A DNA stretch of 64,000 nt, taken from contig JBHYGA010000008.1 of the NCBI GenBank assembly GCA_051859245.1, positions 1 to 64,000 of the forward strand. The letters are read 5' to 3'. The DNA comes from Gemmatimonadaceae bacterium (GTDB lineage Bacteria; Gemmatimonadota; Gemmatimonadetes; Gemmatimonadales; Gemmatimonadaceae). A model generated the notes under the pieces. It saw only the letters and a program-made list of their open reading frames with translations. It was not told where the DNA came from and did not search any database. The translations under genes were made by a program, and so were the position numbers. Of the stretch, positions 9,430 to 19,200 are shown one piece after another; positions within the stretch are counted from its first letter, which is position 1; the number at the start of each line of letters is the position of its first letter.

Positions 9430-9968
9430 GTGACCTCGCCTGCGCCCGCTCGCTTGTTGGCGAGTCGTGCGAGGGTGAACAACAAATCGCTCAACCGATT
9501 CAGGTAGATGACTGTGAGCGAAGGCAACTCGATCTCATGCGCGAGACGCACAACGCGCCGCTCCGCCCGACGACACACGGTACGCGCCACGTGCAGCGCT
9601 GCAGCCTTGGGCGTGCCACCTGGAATGATGAAACTGGTGAGCGGCTCGAGCTCATTCTCCGCCGAGTCAATGGCACGTTCCAGTTCTTCAATGCGCTCTT
9701 CGTCAATGCGCGCCTTGCGAAGCTGTTCGCGCATTTTCTCGTGATCGGGAGTCGCCAGTAACGCGCCAATGGCGAACAGGTCGCGCTGAATCGGCACGAG
9801 TACTTCATCAATACGTGGCATGAGCTCAATCGAGCGCGCCAGGCCGAGTGCGGCGTTGAGCTCGTCCACGTCTCCGTAGGCCTCAACCCGCGGATGGTCC
9901 TTCTCAACTCGGCCGCCGCCAAAGAGCCCGGTAGCGCCGGTATCACCGGTTTTTGTATAGATCTTCAT
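9423..9968 (-). CDS. ATP:cob(I)alamin adenosyltransferase, PduO type
   Basis: KIYTKTGDTG, YGDVDELN, ARTVCRRAER and YLNRLSD. Confidence 0.95.
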   Translation of the reverse strand: MKIYTKTGDTGATGLFGGGRVEKDHPRVEAYGDVDELNAALGLARSIELMPRIDEVLVPIQRDLFAIGALLATPDHEKMREQLRKARIDEERIEELERAIDSAENELEPLTSFIIPGGTPKAAALHVARTVCRRAERRVVRLAHEIELPSLTVIYLNRLSDLLFTLARLANKRAGAGEVTW

Positions 9969-10065
9969 AGACGCGGAAGTTAACGAGGCGAACCCGCCCC
10001 GGAGAACAGCTTTTCGCCGCGCCCCGCACGGTGACCCGGCACCGCGCCCGGATTATCTTGAGAGG

Positions 10066-11091
10066 ATGATCCACGACATCACCATCATCGGCGGCGGCCC
10101 CACGGGGCTGTTCGCGCTTTTCTACGCGGGCATGCGCGGCGCTTCGGCGCAAATCATTGATGCGCTCCCCGAACTCGGCGGACAGCTCACCGCGCTCTAC
10201 CCCGAGAAATACATCTTTGACGTGGCCGGCTACCCGAAGGTGCTGGCCAAAGATCTGGTCAAGAATCTGACGGAGCAGGCAAGTCAGTTTCACCGTGAGA
10301 CCGGCTTACCCGCGCACTTGAATCAGCGCGTGGTCGCGCTCGAACAGGCCGACGATCATTACGTGCTGGTCACGGAGAGCGGTCGCTTTCCCACGCGTTC
10401 GATCATTATTGCGGCGGGCATTGGCGCATTCAAACCGCGTCGCTTGCCGCAGGCTTGCGCGGAACCGTGGTATGGTCGTGGTATTGAAGACGTGGTCACC
10501 AATCCCGACGCGTTCGTTGGCAAGCGTGTAGTGATCATTGGCGGCGGCGACTCGGCGTTTGACTGGGCCGCGCAGCTTCGTTCGCGCGCGACACACGTGT
10601 CACTGGTGCATCGCAGCGATCGTTTCCGCGCCCACGCGGCTACGGTGACCGAAGTGCAGAACGCGAGTGCCGAAGGTGGCAACGTGTCCATTCACACCTT
10701 CAATGAACTTGAAGCGGTGCGTCCGAACGGAAGCGACACGCTCGGTGGTATAACGCTGCGCAACATCAAGACCAAAGAAACGCAGGACATCGATTGCGAC
10801 GTGGTGCTGCCTATGCTCGGCTACGTGAGCGATCTCGGTGCACTCGGCGAGTGGGGACTGTCGCTCGAGAAAGACGAAATCGTTGTGAATAGCTGCATGG
10901 AAGCGGGTCGTCCGGGCATCTACGCGGCGGGCGACATTACCACGTATTCCGGCAAGCTCAAGCTGATCGCGTCAGGATTCAGCGAGGCTGCAATCGCCGT
11001 CAATCAGGCGGTGCACTGGGTGTATCCGGAGAAGAAGGTGGCGCCGGGGCATTCTAGCAACCTCGCTGTGTTCGGGCAGAAGCCGGATTAA
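10066..11091 (+). CDS. Ferredoxin--NADP+ reductase (TrxB-like, YumC type)
   Basis: GGGPTG, GGQLTALYPEKYIFDV, GGGDSA, HRSDRFRAH and GKLKLIASGF; no CxxC active site. Confidence 0.85.
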   Translation: MIHDITIIGGGPTGLFALFYAGMRGASAQIIDALPELGGQLTALYPEKYIFDVAGYPKVLAKDLVKNLTEQASQFHRETGLPAHLNQRVVALEQADDHYVLVTESGRFPTRSIIIAAGIGAFKPRRLPQACAEPWYGRGIEDVVTNPDAFVGKRVVIIGGGDSAFDWAAQLRSRATHVSLVHRSDRFRAHAATVTEVQNASAEGGNVSIHTFNELEAVRPNGSDTLGGITLRNIKTKETQDIDCDVVLPMLGYVSDLGALGEWGLSLEKDEIVVNSCMEAGRPGIYAAGDITTYSGKLKLIASGFSEAAIAVNQAVHWVYPEKKVAPGHSSNLAVFGQKPD

Positions 11092-11223
11092 CTGCCGGGG
11101 GCCCGTCGGCGCTGCGCGCCTCGGGCCAAGAGCACGAAAACTGCAACAGATAAGGACACGAAAACTGCAGCAGCTGCAGTTCTTCGTGTCCTTCGTGCTT
11201 TCGTGTCCTTCCCGCCCGCAGTT
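11089..11223. repeat. REP-like palindromic intergenic element (complete copy, both arms) between convergent genes
   Basis: taactgccgggggcccgtcggcgc...gggccaagagcacgaaaactgc...aaggacacgaaaactgcag / ctgcagttcttcgtgtccttcgtgctttcgtgtcctt; the left part is nearly identical to 51102-51177. Confidence 0.75.
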
Positions 11224-11259
11224 CCCCCAGCATTAGGAGCACGCTCGCGAGAACCGGAC

Positions 11260-12183
11260 CTACGCGTTCTGTCGCACCCGCGGATCCACCTTCGCGTACA
11301 CCATATCGGTGAGCAGATTCACCGTTACGAACACCACCGACAAAAACAGCACCGCGCCTTGCACCGCCGGCAAATCGCGTCGTGCGATGGCGTTGACCAC
11401 GTATCGCCCAATTCCCGGCCACGAAAAGATTGTTTCGGTGAGAATGCTGCCCGTGAGGTAGCCGCCAAAGTCGAGGCCGATCACCGTGACGATTGGAATG
11501 AGAGCGTTGCGCAGGGCGTGACGCGTGAGCACGGATGGTTCGGCCAGTCCTTTGGCGCGCGCGGTGCGCACGTGATCTGCGCCGAGCACTTCGAGCATTG
11601 ACGATCGTGTCATGCGCGCGAGATACGCGATCGAACGCGAGCCCAGCGCAAGAGCTGGCAATACAAGAAACGCAACGCCTCCGTACCCCGACGCGGGGAA
11701 CCAGCGCAGCGACACGGAGAACGTCACGATCAGCAACAATCCGATCCAGTACACTGGAAAGGAGATCCCGAGGTACGTGGCAGCGAGCGTGATGCGATCG
11801 AACCACCCGTTGGGGCGGACGGCGCAGGCAACACCCACGCTCACACCAAGCACGATGGCGAGCAGCATCGCAGCGCCGGCGAGCAACAGCGTGCGCGGAA
11901 ACCGTTCAAGCAAGTCGCTCAGAATCGGTCGACCAGTCACATACGAGTTGCCGAGATCACCCTGCACAACGCCGAGCGCGTAGTGCGTGAACTGCGACAA
12001 GAGCGGATCATCAAGTCGCAGTTCGGCGCGCAGTCTGGCAATCGTGGCCTCGTCGGCGCGTTCGCCAACCATAGCCAGCACCGGGTCACCTGGCGCCACG
12101 TACAGCAGCAGAAACACCACTACCAGCACGCCGAACAGCGTGGGGATGAGAAGCAATGCGCGCCGTGCAAGCAGTGCTAGCAT
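11260..12183 (-). CDS. Peptide/nickel ABC transporter permease (DppB/OppB family)
   Basis: PGDP, RSSMLEVL...RTARAKGL, HALRNALIP and ETIFSWPGIG...RDLP. Confidence 0.9.
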   Translation of the reverse strand: MLALLARRALLLIPTLFGVLVVVFLLLYVAPGDPVLAMVGERADEATIARLRAELRLDDPLLSQFTHYALGVVQGDLGNSYVTGRPILSDLLERFPRTLLLAGAAMLLAIVLGVSVGVACAVRPNGWFDRITLAATYLGISFPVYWIGLLLIVTFSVSLRWFPASGYGGVAFLVLPALALGSRSIAYLARMTRSSMLEVLGADHVRTARAKGLAEPSVLTRHALRNALIPIVTVIGLDFGGYLTGSILTETIFSWPGIGRYVVNAIARRDLPAVQGAVLFLSVVFVTVNLLTDMVYAKVDPRVRQNA

Positions 12184-12232
12184 GCCGTTACGCGAGCCAA
12201 ATGTGACGCGCGTTGCATCTCGCGAGCGCTGC

Positions 12233-13807
12233 TCACGGCTGACCGAGCCGCACCTTCGTCCAGCGCTGTCCGTTGAAAATCACTGGTACTTCAAACCCCT
12301 GTACCCATGGCTGCACCGCGTACATCTCGTTGTAAAAGAAGAGCGGCAGCAGCCCGACATCACGGTGTGCGAGTGCGTCCGCGTCTTTGTACAGCTGCGT
12401 GCGACGGCCGGCATCACTTTCGCGACGGGCCAGAGTGACGAGCGAATCAAACTCGGCGTTGGCGTAGAACGAGACGTTGCCACCCACGCCATGATTGGCC
12501 GAGTGCAGCAGCGGGTACAAAAAGTTTTCCGCGTCGGGATAGTCTGCGTACCAGTCTTTGAGAATCAGGTCCACCTGACCATTGCGCGCCGCTTCACGCA
12601 CCGATGACGCGTCGCGTTGTACCAGCTTCACACGAATGCCGGCCTCGCCAAGAAACCCCTGCATTGATTCGGCCAATCGCGGAAACGGCGCGGTTTGTGA
12701 GGACCAGAGCTCCACGTCTATGCCATTGGGATATCCGGCTTCGGCGAGCAGTGCCTTGGCGCGAGCAATGTCAAACGCGTAGGGTGTACGCGAGGCATCA
12801 AAGCCTTCAAGCGACGGCGGGATCACACCCGCGGCGAGCTGTCCGCGTCCGCCGAGCAAACGATCGAGAATTGTCTTGGCGTCGATGGCGTGCGCGATCG
12901 CTTGCCGCACGCGTGCGTCGGCCAACGGCCCACGCTTCACGTTCACACCGATGTACCAGAGCCGCAGTGCCGGTGCGGAGGTGAGCAGCGCCTTTCGCTC
13001 GGGCGTGGACTCCCAGCTCGCCGTCTGATCTTCGGGGATATACAGAATGTCGACGGAGCCGTTCTCGAACTCGGCCACTGCGGTGCTGGGCTCGGGGATA
13101 ATGCGCGCGACAAGCGTATCGACCGACGGCGCGCCGCCAAAGTACGACTCATTGCGCGCGAACTTCACGTAGTCGTCGTGCCGCCATTCCACGAGCTTCC
13201 ATGGTCCTGTGCCAATGGGCTTCTCGCCAAAGTCCTCGCCCACGCCGTCGGGTACCACGGACGCCACTGGCATTGCCAGCAGCTTGGGGAAGATCGCGAG
13301 CGGCTCCTCGAGCGTGATCACGACGGTGGAATCATCGGGCGCCACGATGCCTTCAAGCGCGGTGTTCTTGCCCTCGCTGTAGCCGCGCGCGCCGCGAATC
13401 GGGTAGAGTGGCCAGCCACGTCCACCCGTCGATGCGGGATCGAGCACGCGCCGAAAGCTCTCGACTACGTGCGACGCCACCAGCGCACGTCCGTCGTGGA
13501 ACTGCACGCCGGACCGCAGGTGAAAGGTGTACTGCAGGCCGTCTTCGGAAATGTCCCAGCGTTCCGCCAGACCCGGCTCGATGCTCGCGTCGGGCGCGAA
13601 GCGCGTCAGGCCGTCAAAGAGGTACGCCACGGCCCGACCTGTGGGCACGTCGGTTGATCGAGCCGGGTCGAGGGAGCGCGGATCATACCAGTCGCGCGAG
13701 TCCACCAGCGTGTGGCGTTGCTCGGAGCGGTCGGCACCTTGGCAAGCCGAAAGCAGCGCTACGAAAGCAGCGAGCGCGAACGGCGAAGAAGCGGGGAAAA
13801 CGCGCAT
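12233..13807 (-). CDS. Peptide ABC transporter substrate-binding lipoprotein (family 5)
   Basis: LLSAC lipobox, SLDPA, YTFHLRSGVQFHDG, PIGTGPW and RVRQAIAHAID; start MRVFP. Confidence 0.9.
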   Translation of the reverse strand: MRVFPASSPFALAAFVALLSACQGADRSEQRHTLVDSRDWYDPRSLDPARSTDVPTGRAVAYLFDGLTRFAPDASIEPGLAERWDISEDGLQYTFHLRSGVQFHDGRALVASHVVESFRRVLDPASTGGRGWPLYPIRGARGYSEGKNTALEGIVAPDDSTVVITLEEPLAIFPKLLAMPVASVVPDGVGEDFGEKPIGTGPWKLVEWRHDDYVKFARNESYFGGAPSVDTLVARIIPEPSTAVAEFENGSVDILYIPEDQTASWESTPERKALLTSAPALRLWYIGVNVKRGPLADARVRQAIAHAIDAKTILDRLLGGRGQLAAGVIPPSLEGFDASRTPYAFDIARAKALLAEAGYPNGIDVELWSSQTAPFPRLAESMQGFLGEAGIRVKLVQRDASSVREAARNGQVDLILKDWYADYPDAENFLYPLLHSANHGVGGNVSFYANAEFDSLVTLARRESDAGRRTQLYKDADALAHRDVGLLPLFFYNEMYAVQPWVQGFEVPVIFNGQRWTKVRLGQP

Positions 13808-13909
13808 GCGAAATTTGGGGACCGGGAAGGGTGCGAATCGCGTATAATTGTCAATCTGCACGTTTACTCCGACCCCCTCAACATCCTGGCCGTTCCCGAT
13901 CGCCATTGC

Positions 13910-16201
13910 ATGCGCCCATTAACGGGCAGTCCGCCGCCTGTACGGGTGTCGTCGCGCGCCCGAATTGCGCGGCTTTCGCTTGGCGTCTGCGCGATCGCAA
14001 TCGGGTTGTTGTCATCGCCGCTTGAGGCGCAGGATTTTTCCTGCGAGCGCGGCGATCGTGAAGTGCGAACGCGTCGCTTTACCGGCAACAGCGAGTTTAC
14101 CACGCTCGAACTCGTGTCCGCTGTTGCGACATTGCCATCAACGCTGGCCGGACTGCCGTTTCTGAGCACGAAACGTTGTCTTGATCCAACGGAGTTCGCG
14201 CGTGATGTGCAGCGCCTCGAGATTCTGTATCGCCGACGCGGGTACCCGGAAGTAAGCGTCGATACAATTGTCACTCCGGTGCGTGGTGACTTGATCGATG
14301 TGGTCTTCGCGATCAACGAAGGGGCGCCAATGCGCGTGTCGTCGCTCTCGATACGCGGACTGGAAAGTATTCCCGGGAGTGATGCGTTGATCAACGCATT
14401 CCCGTTGCGAGCGGGCGGTCTGTTTAATCGGCAGGCGCTGGAGTCTGGTCGTGACTCGCTCGTGCGTGATCTTCGCAATAACGGATGGGCTGGAGCCGAA
14501 GCGCTGCTGGCCTACACCACCGACGAGCGCGCGCGTTCGGCCGAGGTCGAAGTGCTCGCGGTTCCAGGTACGCGGGCGCGCATTGGTGCAGTACGGGTCA
14601 TCGTTGATTCCGCGCGCGAACAAGGCGGTGTGTCGGAACAGACAATCCGTCGCGCCATGAACGTGAATACGGGCGACTGGTACAGTGCGCGGGCGCTCAT
14701 TTCGGCGCAGCGTTCGCTCTATCAGCTCGACGCGTTCCGGCGTGTGGATTTGCAGATGGATCGCGAACCATCACTTGGCGACAGCGTGGTGGATCTCACC
14801 GTGCGATTGCTTGAGGGTAATCGATTCACGGCACAAGGCGGTCTTGGCTGGGCGACACTTGACTGTATTCGCATGCAGGGCGCGTTTACCGATCGCGATT
14901 TTGTCTCGTGGGCGCCGCGCCTGGAGCTTACGGGGCGCGTTTCAAAAGTGGGTTTGGGTGATCCGCTCGGCGGCGCGCCGGAATTGTGCCAGGCACAGGC
15001 GCGCGGCGATCCGTACAGTCGCACGCTCAACTACTACGCCGGTGTCACCCTGCGGCAGCCCACGGTGGGGCGGCGTTCGCGTGTGCCTACGATCTCGCTG
15101 TACAGCTCCACGTTGAGCGAGTACCGCGCGTTTCTTCGCCGCACGCCGATTGGTGGCGCACTATCGATTACAAATCCGCTGCAAGGGCGTGTGCCGAGCA
15201 CCGTGAGTTACCAGATGGAGCTGGGCCGCACCGAAGCGGAGCCGGCGTTCTTCTGCGCCGTGTTCAACTCCTGTGATGCGGAATCGCGTTCATTCCTGCA
15301 GCGCAATACGCGATTGGCCGCGCTCGGCTACGCGGTCAACTTTGACGGCACCAACGATCCACTGCGACCAACACGCGGTTATACCGTGCGGTTCGACGCG
15401 CGACATGCGAGCACGCTGGTGGGCTCCGACGCGTCGCAGCAGTTCAATCGATTTGTATCAGATGCCACGTGGTACGCCGAGCTTGGCGCGGGTGCGGTGT
15501 TGCTGGCGCATGTGCGCGGTGGCGTGGTGTTTGGTGGTGGCACGCGTCCGTCTGTGGGCGGATTCATTCCGCCGCAAGAACGACTGTACGCCGGTGGCCC
15601 AACCACAGTGCGTGGCTTCCGACAAAACGAGTTGGGCCCGGCGGTGTACATCGTGCCGGCATACGAAACGGTGGTTGAGAATGGCCTCACGTATTTCCGC
15701 GCTGACACGTCGTCGTTTGAGGAGCGCGTGGTGCCCGTGGGCGGCAATACGCTGCTCGTTGGCAACGTGGAAGTGCAGGTGCCGAGTCCTGTGTTGCGTG
15801 GATTGTTGTCGTGGGCGGCGTTTGCCGATGTCGGACGATTGTGGAATCGCGGCGATGTACCTGGCGTGCAACAGCTCGGTGAAAACGCGCCTGGCACGCG
15901 GTGGACGCCCGGTGTTGGCGTGCGTATTGTGTCGCCCTTTGGTTCGATTCGTGTTGATCTTGGATACAACCCGTATCGACTGCCCGCCGGCGCAGCGTAC
16001 TTTAATGCGCCGTTGCAGGCCGGCATCGCGCCGCTGTATTGCGTGAGTCCGGGCAATACGCTGCCGGTGTTTCCCGCCACGGCGCCGGCTGAGCCGCCGC
16101 TGCAGTCAAGCGGTGCCTGCCCAACATCGTTTCGTCCGGCGCAGCGCCCTGGATTTTTGCGGCGACTGAATCCGAGTATCTGGATCGGACAGGCGTTCTA
16201 A
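13910..16201 (+). CDS. Omp85-family outer-membrane protein (TamA/BamA-like, POTRA domains plus barrel)
   Basis: POTRA-like YRRRGY/INEG, YAGGPTTVRGF loop, SPFGSIRVDLGY and C-terminal IGQAF; start approximate. Confidence 0.85.
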   Translation: MRPLTGSPPPVRVSSRARIARLSLGVCAIAIGLLSSPLEAQDFSCERGDREVRTRRFTGNSEFTTLELVSAVATLPSTLAGLPFLSTKRCLDPTEFARDVQRLEILYRRRGYPEVSVDTIVTPVRGDLIDVVFAINEGAPMRVSSLSIRGLESIPGSDALINAFPLRAGGLFNRQALESGRDSLVRDLRNNGWAGAEALLAYTTDERARSAEVEVLAVPGTRARIGAVRVIVDSAREQGGVSEQTIRRAMNVNTGDWYSARALISAQRSLYQLDAFRRVDLQMDREPSLGDSVVDLTVRLLEGNRFTAQGGLGWATLDCIRMQGAFTDRDFVSWAPRLELTGRVSKVGLGDPLGGAPELCQAQARGDPYSRTLNYYAGVTLRQPTVGRRSRVPTISLYSSTLSEYRAFLRRTPIGGALSITNPLQGRVPSTVSYQMELGRTEAEPAFFCAVFNSCDAESRSFLQRNTRLAALGYAVNFDGTNDPLRPTRGYTVRFDARHASTLVGSDASQQFNRFVSDATWYAELGAGAVLLAHVRGGVVFGGGTRPSVGGFIPPQERLYAGGPTTVRGFRQNELGPAVYIVPAYETVVENGLTYFRADTSSFEERVVPVGGNTLLVGNVEVQVPSPVLRGLLSWAAFADVGRLWNRGDVPGVQQLGENAPGTRWTPGVGVRIVSPFGSIRVDLGYNPYRLPAGAAYFNAPLQAGIAPLYCVSPGNTLPVFPATAPAEPPLQSSGACPTSFRPAQRPGFLRRLNPSIWIGQAF

Positions 16202-16203
16202 CC

Positions 16204-19200
16204 ATGGCCAGACCGCGCACCATTGTCTTTACCGCCGCCGGGCTGTTGCTCGGTGTGCTGTTGCTCGCGGTTGGCGCGGTTGGTGTACTCACGCAAACCG
16301 ATCGTGGACGGGCCACGCTGCTGCGCGCGGTACTGCCGGTTGCGCGCACCGCAATTCCGGGATCGCTCTACGTTGGTCGTGTTGGTGGTTCGCTGTTCAA
16401 CGACATGACCATCGACTCGCTGGAAATTCGTGCACCAGATGGTACCGCGTTCTTGCGCACGGGGCCGGTGCGACTGGAATACGATCCACGCGATTTGCTT
16501 GATCGGCGAATTGTGCTGAGCCTGGCGCAGGTCACGCGTCCGGTGGTGCACCTTGTTGACTACGGCAACAACGATTGGAACTGGAAGCGTGCGCTCAGAA
16601 AAACGCCCACAACTCCGCGTCCGCCGTCGCTCACGAAGGGATTCGGCGACTGGATTCGTGTGGACAGCCTCGAGGTGATTGAAGGCACGTTGACGGTTGT
16701 CGAGGCGTGGAGGCCGGCGGATTCGTTGCGTGGGGCGAAACGTGACAGTGCGATTGCGTTCAACCTCGCTCGACGTGATCTCGAGATTGATCGCGACGGT
16801 GATCGTCTGGTGAAAACACGTCGATGGGAGCGTGGTTATGCCGCGCTCGGTCCGTCGCGCATTGCGCATCCGGATACCGCCGGCATGAGTCTGGCGGTGC
16901 GCCGTCTTGACGCGATTGAGAATGACCCACCGTTCTGGTTCCGCAACATGTCGGGTGCGGTGCGGTTGGTGAAAGATTCGCTGTGGGTAGACGATTTCAA
17001 GTTGCATTTACCGCGCTCCGGCGGCACGGCCAGCGGCAAAGTGGTGTGGGGCAGCGGTCTGCCCATGCGCTGGGATCTTCGCATTCGCGGCGATTCGGTG
17101 GCGTTCAGTGATATTGCGTGGATCAGTCCGGTGTTGCCGCACGTGGGTGGCGGAACCACGGAGCTGCACATTCGCAACAATCCGCGCAATGTGCGCGTGA
17201 TGGAGTACGTGATCACCAACATGGATGCGCGTGCGCTTTCATCGCGCATGCGCGGTCGCATGACCTTCGCTGTTGGCGACACGGTGCTGCGCATTTCAGA
17301 TGTTGATGTGGATCTCGCGCCCATGCACACCGATATGCTGCGCTGGATGAACGCCGAGCCGTTCCCGTACGACTGGCGCGGCGCGATCACCGGCCGCGTG
17401 CAGGCGCGAGGTGGTCCGGTTACACGCTTCATGGTTGACGAGGCACGCGTTGCGTATGCCGACGAGCATGTGCCGGGCGCGGTGACCAGGGGAACGATTC
17501 GTGGTTTGATGAACGTCTATGAGCCCGCGTTTGCGGTGTTCCTCGGCACGAATGTAGAGATCGATCAGCTGGATCTGCGTACGCCGCGTTTTGTGAATCC
17601 GATGTTCGTGGAAATGAACGGACTGGTTTCGGGCACAATGACGCTTGATTCACTATGGACCGACGTGCGGTTTTCGAACGCGCAGTTGGCGCATGTGGAT
17701 GGGCCTGGAGATACCACGCGCGTGACGGGTGATGGTCGCATCACGCTGTACGAAACGAGCACCGGCTTTGATGTCACGATGACCGCAGCGCCGCTGTCGT
17801 ACACCACGATGTCGCGGTCGTATCCGTCGCTGCCGCTGCGAGGGCTCGCCGTCGGTCCGATTCGCGCCAAGGGAACGGTGGAAGATTTTTCGCTCACCAC
17901 AGCTCTGGCTGGCGCAGGTGGTGAGATTGCGTTTGTTGGTACGATGGACGCGTTTGAACCGGACTTTCGCGTGACCGGCGCGCTCCGTGTTGCTGGCGCC
18001 GATCTGCGCACGCTGTTCAACGATTTTTCCATGCCCGAAACCAATCTCGGCTTCTCCGCTGATCTCGACGTGCGTGGTGAATCACTGGCGACTTTGGCGG
18101 GCACGGCGCGTGCTGCGCTCTCCGAGCGTTCGTCGCGCGTTGGTACGGTGCCACTCTATCGCGGTGTGGCCGATCTGCGTTTTGCTGACGGTCGCATGCA
18201 CGTGGATTCACTCGTTGTGGAGAGCGCGGCGTTTCGTGGTGATGCACGCGGTGCGCTGGGGCTGACCTCAACGATTCGCGATACCTTGCTGATTCGCGCG
18301 AACGCCGATTCGCTCGGCGGACTGCGTGCTCTCGCGCGCTGGGGTGGTTTCCTGGCTGATGTTGACAGTGTCGCTGCCGACTCCGCCGGCGACGTTCCAA
18401 TGCAGGGCACGCTCGAGTTGCGAGCGCAGGTTGTCGCGTCGCTTGATACGATGGAGACCGTGGGCGTGGGCGTTGATCTGCTCGCTGATGCGCGTGATGT
18501 GCTGGTGGGCACAACGAGCGCGCGGCGCGCGGTGGTGAATGCAACGATTGACGATGTGCTCCGCAAGGCGCGCGGGGTGGCTCGTCTGACACTGGATTCC
18601 TCGAGCATTGCCGGTGTGGCCGCAGACGCCGTCGCGGCGAACGTACGGCTCGATGATGGATTGCCGTCGCGCTTCGATGCGTCACTGCGTGCACCGTCTG
18701 AGGCCACGGTAACCGTTTCGGGCGGCACACGGCGTGTCGCAGACTCGATTGCGGTGCGCGTGGATCAACTCGATGTTCGAACGCCATCGGCGGCGCGTGT
18801 GGCTGCGCTTCGTAATCGGTCGGTACAGGCGTTGGTCGATACGTCGCGCAATGGATTCTCGCTGGCCTGGCCGGCGCATCTCATGCTTGGTACGAACGGC
18901 GCCGTTCGACTCGACTCGTTGCTCTGGCAGCATTCGGTACGTGGCACACTTGCCATGCGCGGTGCGATTGCCGCCGACAGCACCGTCTCTGGTACTGTGG
19001 ATGCGGTGGCGTTGCCGCTCGCCGATCTCGGTTCGTTGCTGCGGCCCGCAAGTGACTGGGGTGGTTCGTTGAGTTCCGCGATTCGAGTTGCAGGCTCACG
19101 TGAGGCCCCTGACTTGCGAGGCACGGTTGCGCTGCGCGACGCCTCACTGGGTTCCGTGACGCTCGGACAGCTCGATGCGACCGCGCAATACGCCGCGCGC

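Noticed and set aside
13843..13854. Overlapping TATAAT (+) and TTGACA (-) in the SBP/TamA divergent region
   Set aside because: Probably promoter parts, but neither has a properly spaced partner hexamer, so no promoter is called.
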